Origin: Albidovulum sp. bin36
Lineage (GTDB): Bacteria > Pseudomonadota > Alphaproteobacteria > Rhodobacterales > Rhodobacteraceae
Assembly (NCBI GenBank): GCA_002238565.1
Contig: MPMP01000005.1
Span: 23,916 to 87,915, forward strand
Reading direction: 5' to 3'
DNA: 64,000 nucleotides
Made by a program: the position numbers and the translations under genes. Under the pieces are notes generated by a model. It was given only the letters and a program-made list of their open reading frames with translations. It did no database searches and had not been told where the DNA came from. Of the stretch, positions 28,270 through 38,499 are shown piece by piece. How positions within the stretch are numbered: the stretch's first letter is position 1; every line of letters starts with the position of its first letter.

Positions 28270-30107
28270 GGCCGCTTTCCATCGGGCTTGCTGCGGCCAT
28301 AGCCGCGGGGAGTGTAGAGATGCCGGCCGTCCACGCCGTTGCCGGCTCCGCTTCCAAAGCGCGCCCGCGACGCGGAATTGCCGACGAGAACGATTGTCGA
28401 CATGTCGATTCCGCTTCTTTCCAGCGCATCCAATGTTCCGGCTTCCAGGAATTCGCCGTCGCGGCCGAGATTGCGGGCGATGAGCACCGGAGTGTCCGGC
28501 GGGCGCCATCGCCTAAGCGTCGCGACCGCTTCACCGAGAAGATCGCGTCGCCGCTGCGACTGCGGATTGTAGAATGCCACGACGAAATCGCCTTTTGCCG
28601 CCGCCTCGACTCGGGACCTAATAACATCGCGAGGCGTCATGAGGTCGGAAAGCGAAATCGCGCAAAAATCGTGGCCGAGCAGGGAGCCGCCTTTCGCCGC
28701 CGCCGCCTGCATCGCGGATATTCCGGGGGCGACGACGATTTCGGCCCTGTTCGCCGTTGCTGGACAGCCGCTTGAATCGGCGGAATCGAGCATTTCCATA
28801 ACTAGCGAAGCCATGGCGTAAATACCCGGATCGCCGGAGCAGACGAGGGCGACCTTCGACCCGTCGGCCGCCTTTCCCAAAGCATAGCCGCACCGTTCCG
28901 TTTCGTGCCCGATCGGAAAAGGCTTCAAGGTTTTTCCGGCCGCCAAAGGACCCAGCAAGTCAAGATAGGCGCCGTACCCGACCAGCTCGTCGGACTCCGC
29001 GATCAGGCGGGATGCCTCGGGAGTTCTCCAATCCGCCTTGCCCGGCCCGATTCCGACAATAGCCAGCCGCCCTCGACCGCGTCCCGGGTCTCCGGAATCC
29101 GAACCGCGTCGAGCGATCGCGCAGGTCGCATCCGACGTTTTTAGTTTCGCCACTTCCAGCCGGCCGTCGGTCCCGGCGGCCGCAAGCGCCGCCGCCTCGC
29201 ATACGCCGTGGCAGCCTACCGCCGCGAATACGGTTTCCGAAGGGCTAGGCAGGCGCGGCGTTTCGGATTCCAGCCGGCTAGCGGCATAGAATCGAGTCGG
29301 CACGTCCAAATTTTCGGCAAGAGCGTGTATCGCAAGCTCGTCCTCCTTCAAGTCGATAGTGCAAACAGCCGCGATTTCGAACGGCGAAATTCCCGCGTCG
29401 GCCATTGCGCGCCGCGCGAGGCCGATCAACTGGTCCGGCTCGCAGCCGCGCGAGCATCCCGCGCCGAGAAAGTAGTCCGTTCGCCTGTAGACCAGCGGCT
29501 CGGCCCCTTCCGCAAGCAAAACGACAGGCGACCCCGGCTCCCCGGACTCCAGAAATTCCGTCCGCGGGCGATTTCGAAGAGGAGCCAGCCATTCGGCCCC
29601 GCCGCTAACGCGCGCGGGCTTCCCGGCGAGCAGAGCGGCTGCCGCCCGTTTGCAATTCTCCGGATTTTCCAGCCGCCAGCCCTCGGGAGGGTCGTCGAGC
29701 GCAATGCCGAACGCCAGGTCGCTCGCCGTCGTAATTGCGGCGACTGCGCCAAGCAGGTCCGCTAGGTCCCGCGCCAGGCGATTGCCGCCTCGATGCCCCC
29801 CGAGCAGCGGAACGACGCAATTGCCGTTTTCGGAAACGCTGACGACCGGCGGCTCCTTTTTCTTTTCCAGCACGACCGGCGCAAGCGCTCGAATCAGGAT
29901 TCCGGCGGCGCATACGCCGATGATGGGCCGCCCCGACAGGAACAGGCTTCGAAGCTCGGCCGGCACGTCGCGCATGACGCTTGCGCCGTCGGCTTTCGCC
30001 ATTCCGCTTCGAACCAGCAGCTGGCCGCCCGTCTTTCGCGCGATCCTCGTCGCCGTGCCGAGCCCGCTCTCGGCCAGGCAGAATACGGCGGGATCAAGAG
30101 GCTGCAT
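28266..30107 (-). CDS. cobJ: bifunctional CbiG-like (cobalt-precorrin-5A hydrolase) / precorrin-3B C17-methyltransferase fusion
   Basis: 613 aa. The N-terminal approximately 330 aa is CbiG-like. The C-terminal half, LAIVGIGPGKADWRTPEASRLIAESDELVGYGAYLDLL...VCSGDPGIYAMA, is a CobJ/CbiH-type methyltransferase. Confidence 0.82.
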   Translation of the reverse strand: MQPLDPAVFCLAESGLGTATRIARKTGGQLLVRSGMAKADGASVMRDVPAELRSLFLSGRPIIGVCAAGILIRALAPVVLEKKKEPPVVSVSENGNCVVPLLGGHRGGNRLARDLADLLGAVAAITTASDLAFGIALDDPPEGWRLENPENCKRAAAALLAGKPARVSGGAEWLAPLRNRPRTEFLESGEPGSPVVLLAEGAEPLVYRRTDYFLGAGCSRGCEPDQLIGLARRAMADAGISPFEIAAVCTIDLKEDELAIHALAENLDVPTRFYAASRLESETPRLPSPSETVFAAVGCHGVCEAAALAAAGTDGRLEVAKLKTSDATCAIARRGSDSGDPGRGRGRLAIVGIGPGKADWRTPEASRLIAESDELVGYGAYLDLLGPLAAGKTLKPFPIGHETERCGYALGKAADGSKVALVCSGDPGIYAMASLVMEMLDSADSSGCPATANRAEIVVAPGISAMQAAAAKGGSLLGHDFCAISLSDLMTPRDVIRSRVEAAAKGDFVVAFYNPQSQRRRDLLGEAVATLRRWRPPDTPVLIARNLGRDGEFLEAGTLDALERSGIDMSTIVLVGNSASRARFGSGAGNGVDGRHLYTPRGYGRSKPDGKRP

Positions 30108-30813
30108 ACGGATCTATTCCCGGAACGAGTATCATGGAAAAATATGGCGCCGCCTCCGGAGCATCGGCGAGCGGCGCGACCGTCTGTCCGGGCAGCGAAG
30201 CGTGGGCGACGAACACGGCGCCGGACTCCCGGCCAAGGCGCCGCAGCAATTCGCGTATTCTCGGCAAATGCCGTCCAACTTTGACGATCGCCAGCGCGCC
30301 TCCGCGAGACATGCGATCGGAAAGTTCGGCGTCGGCGAGCGTGGCGGGAAGCACGAAAAGCGATTCGCTTTGCGCGCAGAGCGGGCGAAGGGCCGCCGCG
30401 GCGCAGGCGGTCATTGACGAGACGCCCGGAACGAGCCGAACGGAAAATCGGTCCTTGAGTCGTTCGAATAAGTACATGAACGACCCGTAGAAAAACGGGT
30501 CGCCCTGGCAGAGCGCGACAACATCGTCTCCTTGAAGCAAATGCTCGGAAACCTTTTGCGACGCCTCGTCGTAGATTTCCTGCACCGGAAACCTGTCGAC
30601 CTGCATCGGAATCCGAATTGGGATTTCCACGGTTTCGGGTTGAATGCTATTCCTAGCAATGGATCGGGCGAAGCTGGCTCCATTTTCGGGCGCGGGGTAC
30701 GCTATGACCCTGGCATTGCGAATTAGCCGGTCGGCGAGTACTGTCATCAGATCGGGATCGCCCGGACCGACCCCGACCCCGTAAAGAGTGCCGGTCAATT
30801 CTCTATCGCCCAC
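30094..30813 (-). CDS. cobI: precorrin-2 / cobalt-factor-II C20-methyltransferase
   Basis: LYGVGVGPGDPDLMTV...CQGDPFFYGSF. The start is either GTG at 30813 or TTG at 30798 (TTGA overlap with the cobL stop). The long track ORF extension is spurious. Confidence 0.82.
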   Translation of the reverse strand: MGDRELTGTLYGVGVGPGDPDLMTVLADRLIRNARVIAYPAPENGASFARSIARNSIQPETVEIPIRIPMQVDRFPVQEIYDEASQKVSEHLLQGDDVVALCQGDPFFYGSFMYLFERLKDRFSVRLVPGVSSMTACAAAALRPLCAQSESLFVLPATLADAELSDRMSRGGALAIVKVGRHLPRIRELLRRLGRESGAVFVAHASLPGQTVAPLADAPEAAPYFSMILVPGIDPYAAS

Positions 30814-32006
30814 TGCGTTACCGTCATCGGCCTTTGCCAGCCCCTGCCGGCGCCGAGCCTTTCCGCCCGCTCCGCGGAGAGTCTTACCAGCCTGCCGCCA
30901 TGTTCGGCGTGCAATTTCGCGAGAAGCGATTCGGTTTCCAGCGTAACGCCGTTGGCCACCAGCCTGCCGAACGGTTTCAGAGCGGCGAACGCCGTTTCGA
31001 AAATGTCCTCGTTGAGGCCGCCGCCTATGAAAACCGCATCGGGCTTGGGGAGGTCTCGTAGAGCGTCGGGCGCGCTTCCCTGAACGATGCGAAGCCGCGG
31101 CGCGCCGAGGAATTCGGCATTTCTCTTTGCGATGCCGCACCTGTCGTCGCGCCGTTCGATGCCGATCGCCTCGGCGTTTCTAACGGAACGAAGCCACTCG
31201 ATGGACACGGTGCCGCATCCCATGCCGATATCCCATAGAAGTTCGCCCGGCATCGGCGAAAGCGATGCGAGCGTGACGGCGCGAACTTCTCTCTTGGTTA
31301 TGTTTCCGTCGCTTTCGAACGATTCGTCGGGCAGGCCCGGGCCCCGTCGAAGCGGCTTGGATCCCGCCGACGCGACGCACTCGATGCAAAGGGTATGGAA
31401 TTCGGGAATGTCTAAATTCGCGCCCGATTCGCTCCATTCCTTCGCGGTTCCCTCGACCGAAGTCTCCCGGGGGCCGCCCATGGCGCCGAGCGCTCTGATC
31501 GCGCTGCGCTCGAATCCCCGTTCCGAAAGAAGCCGGGCGACTTCCCGCGCGGTCCGGGATCCGGATGTCAAAACTACCAGCCTGGCGCCGTTGGCGAATG
31601 CCGGGATTATCTGCGATGCGGGTCGCCCGTGCGCGGTGAGCGTCTCCACGTCGGCCAGGCTCCAGCCCATCCGAGCGCACGCCAGCTGAAATGCGGAAAT
31701 CTGCGGATGAAATCTGGCTTCGCCGGGTTCGACTATGCGAGCGATTCGCGAACCTGCCGAATACCAGAGCGGATCGCCCGTAACCAGAAGGGCGACCCGT
31801 CGGCCGCGATACCCTAGAATCTTGCCGGTCATCGCCGAAAACGGGCTCGGCCACATGATTCTCTCCGCGCGGAGGTGCGGCGCAAGGCCGTGATGGCGAC
31901 GGCCGCCGATTATGATTTCCGCGGATTGCAGCGCGGATTTCGCTTCTTCCGACAGCGCGCCGTACCCGTCTTCGCCAATGCCGACGACATCTAGCCAGGG
32001 CTTCAT
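30795..32006 (-). CDS. cobL: precorrin-6Y C5,15-methyltransferase (decarboxylating)
   Basis: Internal ATG at 32006 (ATGA overlap with the cobH stop). MKPWLDVVGIGEDGYGAL...VTGDPLWYSAG, plus a C-terminal CbiT-like SAM domain (LWDIGMGCGTVSIEW). Confidence 0.86.
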   Translation of the reverse strand: MKPWLDVVGIGEDGYGALSEEAKSALQSAEIIIGGRRHHGLAPHLRAERIMWPSPFSAMTGKILGYRGRRVALLVTGDPLWYSAGSRIARIVEPGEARFHPQISAFQLACARMGWSLADVETLTAHGRPASQIIPAFANGARLVVLTSGSRTAREVARLLSERGFERSAIRALGAMGGPRETSVEGTAKEWSESGANLDIPEFHTLCIECVASAGSKPLRRGPGLPDESFESDGNITKREVRAVTLASLSPMPGELLWDIGMGCGTVSIEWLRSVRNAEAIGIERRDDRCGIAKRNAEFLGAPRLRIVQGSAPDALRDLPKPDAVFIGGGLNEDIFETAFAALKPFGRLVANGVTLETESLLAKLHAEHGGRLVRLSAERAERLGAGRGWQRPMTVTQWAIEN

Positions 32007-32680
32007 GGCGAATGCGATCCGTTTCGGACGTTCGCGACATCGCTCTCGGCCTTCTTGCGCGAAGCCGATGCGGAAATCGCGTTTACGGCTGCGGCCGCCA
32101 TTGCGGAGCCGCCGAGCCTTCCGGGCAAGGTTACAAAGGGAAGTCCCCGCGGGTCGCTTGCTAGTTCCGCTTTGCTTTCGGCTGCGCCGACGAATCCCAC
32201 CGGCATGGCGACGACAAGCGCGGGACGCGGAATTCCGGAATCGATCAATTCCAAAAGTTTGAACAGCGCGGTTGGAGCGTTTCCTATCGCTACGATCGCA
32301 CCCTCGAGTTCGCGTTTCAGCAGTTCGAAAGCAGCTGCCGAGCGCGTCGTGCCGGTTTCCGCCGCTAGGCGCGCCGCTCCTGGATCTTCGATCGCGGCCA
32401 CCACGGGATTCCCTGCTGGAAGAAGGTCGCGGCTGACCCCGCCTGCAACCATGCGGCTGTCGCATACGACTGCGGCGCCCGCCTCTAGCGCGCTGCGTCC
32501 CGCGCTTGCGCAGTCAGCGGAAAAAATCAGCGATTTCCCCGCCTCCGCCATTCCGCAGGCGTGAATGATCCGCACGGCTATGTCGGCGTTGTCTTCGGAT
32601 AAACGGGAAAGGTCGGATTCTGCACGGACGATCTCGAAGCTTTTCCGATATATGGCCTCCGGATCGCGTTCGTAAATCAA
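32003..32680 (-). CDS. cobH: precorrin-8X methylmutase
   Basis: YERDPEAIYRKSFEIVRAE...VRIIHACGM...IAIGNAPTALF. Confidence 0.88.
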   Translation of the reverse strand: MIYERDPEAIYRKSFEIVRAESDLSRLSEDNADIAVRIIHACGMAEAGKSLIFSADCASAGRSALEAGAAVVCDSRMVAGGVSRDLLPAGNPVVAAIEDPGAARLAAETGTTRSAAAFELLKRELEGAIVAIGNAPTALFKLLELIDSGIPRPALVVAMPVGFVGAAESKAELASDPRGLPFVTLPGRLGGSAMAAAAVNAISASASRKKAESDVANVRNGSHSP

Positions 32681-33828
32681 GTCTTGTCCTTTTTTAGCTG
32701 CCTTGCGCTTTCCGGTCCGAACGGGTGGTCGGCATGCGGATACGGAGGATGATGGTGATCATGGGCGTGGCCGTGATCATGGCCGTGGTGGTGACTGTGT
32801 CCATGGCGGTGACCGTGGCCGCGATTCTCGTCGTCGGCGTGGAATTCGTTTTCCGCTCCCGCGGAATCGGAGTCGCTGAAATCCAGGCGGCAGGCTCCCG
32901 TGCAAAAGTCGTCGCAGAGTTCGCAGTCTTCGACGTTCGACCCCGGAGCCGATGCGCCTTGCCCCTCTACATGGTGGTGGTGGCTTCTCTGGACCATTCC
33001 GACTTCCGATTCGAAGCCGAGCACCTGGGTTCGATACTTGCAAAGCGAGCAATTCATCTGGTTGCGGCCTTCAAGAATCTCCGTAGCTCTTTCCGCAAAT
33101 GCGCCGAGAACCCCGGGGTGGTCGTTTAGATAGCCGGCCTTGACGAATTGGATGGTCTTGCATTGCGACGCTACCATGTCCGTAAACCCGTAAATCCTGT
33201 CAACGAGGATGCCGCTAAACAAAAAGTACGGGAAAACTATGATTCTCCGAAACGGCATGAGGGAAATGTTTTCGAGGCAAGGCTTGACCAAAGGAAAGGT
33301 AATGCCCGAATAGGCGGTTTCGCACCACCCGAAACCGAGCCCTTCCCAAAGCATTCGCGCAATTTTGGACACGTTGCTATTGGCATCCGGATCGGACGAG
33401 CCTCGTCCCACGACGACAAGGCACGTTTCTGCGCGGGAGACTTCGACGTGTTCATTGGCCGCGTCTTCCGCTGCGGCAATTCTTTCCGCGGCTGCTGAAA
33501 TCAGCTTTGCGTCGACTCCAAGTTCCCGGCCGTATTCGACTTTCAGGCCATGCTGCGCGGCATAGGTGTTGAGAACGGAGGGGATATCGTTTTTAGCGTG
33601 CATCGCGGCGAAGAGAAGTCCGGGAACGGCAAGAATCCTATTGCATCCACTCGTCCGAAGATTGTCGAGTCCATCGCGAATCACGGGGTTCGCGAACTCT
33701 AGGAAACCATGTTCCACGGGCCAATCAGGCAGGTAGCGCGGTAGCTTCGACGCAAGACTTGCGAATTCGCTCACGGCCGCGGATGACCTAGAACCGTGGC
33801 CGCACAGCATAACTCCGATTTTTTCCAA
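32677..33828 (-). CDS. cbiX: long-form CbiX-type sirohydrochlorin chelatase with Cys motifs and a His-rich C-terminal tail
   Basis: Two CbiX halves (VMLCGHGSRS..., VVVGRGSSDPDANS...). MNCSLCKYR and CELCDDFCTGAC motifs. Tail HGHRHGHSHHHGHDHGHAHDHHH. TTG start at 33828 with GGAG 8 nt upstream. Confidence 0.8.
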   Translation of the reverse strand: MEKIGVMLCGHGSRSSAAVSEFASLASKLPRYLPDWPVEHGFLEFANPVIRDGLDNLRTSGCNRILAVPGLLFAAMHAKNDIPSVLNTYAAQHGLKVEYGRELGVDAKLISAAAERIAAAEDAANEHVEVSRAETCLVVVGRGSSDPDANSNVSKIARMLWEGLGFGWCETAYSGITFPLVKPCLENISLMPFRRIIVFPYFLFSGILVDRIYGFTDMVASQCKTIQFVKAGYLNDHPGVLGAFAERATEILEGRNQMNCSLCKYRTQVLGFESEVGMVQRSHHHHVEGQGASAPGSNVEDCELCDDFCTGACRLDFSDSDSAGAENEFHADDENRGHGHRHGHSHHHGHDHGHAHDHHHPPYPHADHPFGPESARQLKKDKT

Positions 33829-34013
33829 TATTTAACTCCATAGATCGGTGCGGCGAAAGCCGCGGTTCTTAAAAAATCTTCAACCGGGACCAATTGCCCG
33901 GCAAAGACGGAAAGCTTTGTCTGACGCGCCTGGCGGAATTTCGGATGCTGCCGGATTCGCCCCCTGCCGATTCATGCGTCGAGCCTCGATTGAATCACGT
34001 CCAGCCGGTCGAG

Positions 34014-35669
<1,656 letters not shown>

Positions 35670-36239
35670 TTTCGCCGCTCCGTCAAAGAATCCGCTTAGG
35701 CAATCCCTAGCCAATTTCCCGCATTCGGACAATGAATGCTATCGCATTTGAGAGCGTTGCCGCCTTAAGCCGCAAATTTGCCGCCTGGAAGATTCCAACC
35801 GAAATGCCCAGTGCATCCGCGCGAGCTCGCGGGGCGGTTTTGCCGCCGGAAGACAAGGCTCCGCTTTGAGATTCCAAGTTCGAATCGATCCAATCGCATA
35901 TCCGATACGACGCACTTGGTCGAGGTTGCCAATGCTAACATGTTGACCGCCATAATCCTTCGAGCAAATTGGAGAAAGGCGACAAGCAATTCGGACAGCC
36001 AGGGATCGGCGGGAATCAACCATGATCAAGGTTGCCGATGTCGAGGAAAAGCGATGCGCATCATCGAATAAAGATTTGCCGATTTCGGGTTCCGCAAATA
36101 CATTATTCCAAATAGCGGCAAGTCGAAGTCGCAATTAAACAAGCTGAGCGGACTTGCCGGGTTACTTGGTCAAATTGGGTTCGGGCTTGGCGGGCGGCCC
36201 GAAACCGGCGGTCTGCACGAATCAAGGGAAGAAATCGAT

Positions 36240-36764
36240 ATGAGGATCATTATGGCGGCTATCGCGGCAGCGATCGCGACCGCGTTTTCGCAGCTTGCAA
36301 TAGCCGAAGAAGCACAGGTTCCAACACCTGCGCCCGTGATTCATCTCCAGGACAACCTGGATGAAGCTGACGGTCTCGGCTGGTGCATTGACACGCTCGG
36401 TCGCGGCTATGCCGAGCACCTTCACGCTCATTCCTGCAAACCGCGGGGCGGCGACGTTCAATTCGCCTTTGACCCCAACTACGGGAGTATCCGCTCCGTC
36501 GCCTTTCCAGACAAGTGCGTTGTCGATCTTCCTCTAAACTCGCAAACCGTATTTGGCCTTGCCGATTGCGATCCGAACGACCCAGAGCAGGGCTTTTCCT
36601 ACGAACTCGGCACGTTGTCACTGCATGATGCGCAGAATCCCGCTCGCTGCGTCGCGGTAGGCGATGCCAGCAGATCCGCCGGCCCCTTTATGTCCCGCGA
36701 TCTGGTATGGGCGGACTGCGAATCGGTGGACCCGAAATTGCTCAGCTGGATCATTCGGAATTGA
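36240..36764 (+). CDS. secreted Cys-containing hypothetical protein, possibly a ricin-B-like beta-trefoil
   Basis: Signal peptide MRIIMAAIAAAIATAFSQLAIA. Six spaced Cys residues (GWCIDT, HSCKP, DKCVV, ADCDP, ARCVA, ADCES). The fold assignment is only a guess. Confidence 0.6.
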   Translation: MRIIMAAIAAAIATAFSQLAIAEEAQVPTPAPVIHLQDNLDEADGLGWCIDTLGRGYAEHLHAHSCKPRGGDVQFAFDPNYGSIRSVAFPDKCVVDLPLNSQTVFGLADCDPNDPEQGFSYELGTLSLHDAQNPARCVAVGDASRSAGPFMSRDLVWADCESVDPKLLSWIIRN

Positions 36765-36910
36765 CATTCCTCCAGAACGCGTCACTTCCCGGAATAATGG
36801 AATTATCGACGAGCGTTTGCCGTTAACTCCTAGGCATCGTATTCTGCTTCTAAGATTATCAGCGAGCTGCCTCAATCACGCAAAGCGGACCACGCACAGC
36901 CTCGGGTCTT

Positions 36911-37204
36911 TCACCGCTGGTGCACGGAGTAAACTGCTTTTGCGTTCGCTCCGTGATGCGGGTCATACCACAGCAGCTTCAAGGCCCTCCTGTCACGGAT
37001 CCCGTAGATTCGAACCGTTGCACTCAAACGCAATGAAAACAGTTCCGACACATCTTCTTGCATGATCTTGGCGAGACGCAACTTGGCCGAATCTGTCAGT
37101 TTCTCGACCGCGACGAAATGGCTGTTGGTGCCGCTCGCCCGCCCGCCCGACGCGCGCATGATCTCCGCCCAGGTCATCGATTCGAAGTTGCGGAGCTTCG
37201 GCAA
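36911..37204 (-). CDS. hypothetical 97-aa protein
   Basis: Clean ORF in an AT-richer patch next to the IS remnant. No family recognised. Confidence 0.45.
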   Translation of the reverse strand: MPKLRNFESMTWAEIMRASGGRASGTNSHFVAVEKLTDSAKLRLAKIMQEDVSELFSLRLSATVRIYGIRDRRALKLLWYDPHHGANAKAVYSVHQR

Positions 37205-37335
37205 AATTTTTTGCCACTTCGCTCTGCTGGCCGTAGTGGGCCAGCTCCACGGATCCTCAACGTCCGCAATCCCGAATGCCCAGACGATAGTCTCGCGATC
37301 ATGGTGAGCGGGGTCCCCTCCCGGTGCAGTGCGAG

Positions 37336-38041
37336 CTGCCCATTGGCCATAAATTTAGTCACAGCGCAATAGCTTGTACACTTCACTTTCCGGTCCCAGC
37401 CTTACGGCGCGTTCGGTCGAGGCGGACGAATCGGCCAGCCGGGCGTAGCCGAGCCAGACGATCTCGTACTCCGGAGGCCGGTCGTGCTTGCGGTGCAGAT
37501 GGCCGCCAATCGCGGCGACTAGGCCCATGGTGCGGCCGAGATTGTCCGGCCCTGGGAGTCGCCGCTCGGCCGCGAAGTCGGCGAGGACCGCGATTTCGAT
37601 GTCCGTGAAGAAGAATTTCGCGTCCAGCTCCGGTGTCTCGCGCCCGCACATCGCCGGGGGTGCCAGCCTCCAGGCGATAACGGCGTTGATGGCGGCGGTG
37701 CGCTGGATCCGGGCTCCCGAGCATCGCCGGGCCGGTGGGGCGGACGCGCTTCGACGTCGGCGGAAGTAAACCTTTTCGCCGCGCTCCATCGCCGCCAGCA
37801 CCGACAGGCAGCTCGAATCCCGGGACCGGCCGCGGGCATCGAGGAAGCCGAAGGCGTCGCAGACGCGGCGGCGGACGGTGGCCGAGCGGTTCTCGAATGC
37901 CTCGCCCTCCAGAATGGCGGGCAGCCGCTCGAAGCCGGCGGGTGAGGACTGGGTGCGGCGAATCAGGTTTTGCTTCTCCATGCCGCTCGGATACCGGAAA
38001 AGCCGGGCCGCGTTCAGTGCTTATTTACAGCCAATGGGCAG
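37336..38041 (-). mobile_element. internally deleted IS4/Tn5-like element, about 706 bp, with both terminal inverted repeats
   Basis: The plus strand starts CTGCCCATTGGCcATAAAT at 37336 and ends ATTTAcaGCCAATGGGCAG at 38041. The 12 outermost bp are perfect inverted repeats. It encloses a 208-aa transposase relic. Confidence 0.75.
37355..37981 (-). pseudogene. IS4/Tn5-like transposase relic lacking the DDE core
   Basis: An N-terminal piece (MEKQNLIRRTQSS...) is joined to a C-terminal dimerisation-type region (AINAVIAWRL...FFTDIEIAVLADFAAERRLPGPDNLGRTMGLVAAIGGH...WLGYARLAD). It is far shorter than the roughly 450 aa expected. Confidence 0.7.
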
Positions 38042-38499
38042 CCGGCGGCGCCAAACCGCCGCGCCGAACCATCCCTCATTCGCCCAACATCCCGGGAAAT
38101 CCAACGACCGTTCAATCTGCGAAAAAAGCCTAGGCCCCTATCCAAATAAACAGGGAGACAACAGAGAATCGTCTGCATCACGTGCGCGACGTCTCGTACG
38201 ACGGGCTAACGGCCAGAGGTGAAGCTCGTTCCCGGCCGTACGAGCTACGCTTACGCTGGTATCAAGTATGTGGAGTGCGATCCTTGTTCGCGTTCGTCGC
38301 TGCCGAGCAACATCCGTTCGGACTTTTTTCGGATTGCCAAGAGCGTGAGGCAGGCCCGGTGATTCTGGATAAGTATCGCGATGGCGGCCGACGCGAGTCG
38401 CGTGATCCATTGCCCGCACCTACAGGGTGACGCAGTTTGAGCGCGGCGCAAGCGTCGTGGGAGGTATTGGGCACCGCATCTGACGTTCCGAACAAACGC

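Noticed and set aside
35860-35900. GTTCGAATC motif resembling a tRNA T-loop, possible tRNA or att remnant at the island edge
   Set aside because: The flanking bases do not form a T-stem (CCAAG versus CGATC), and no acceptor or anticodon arms can be drawn.
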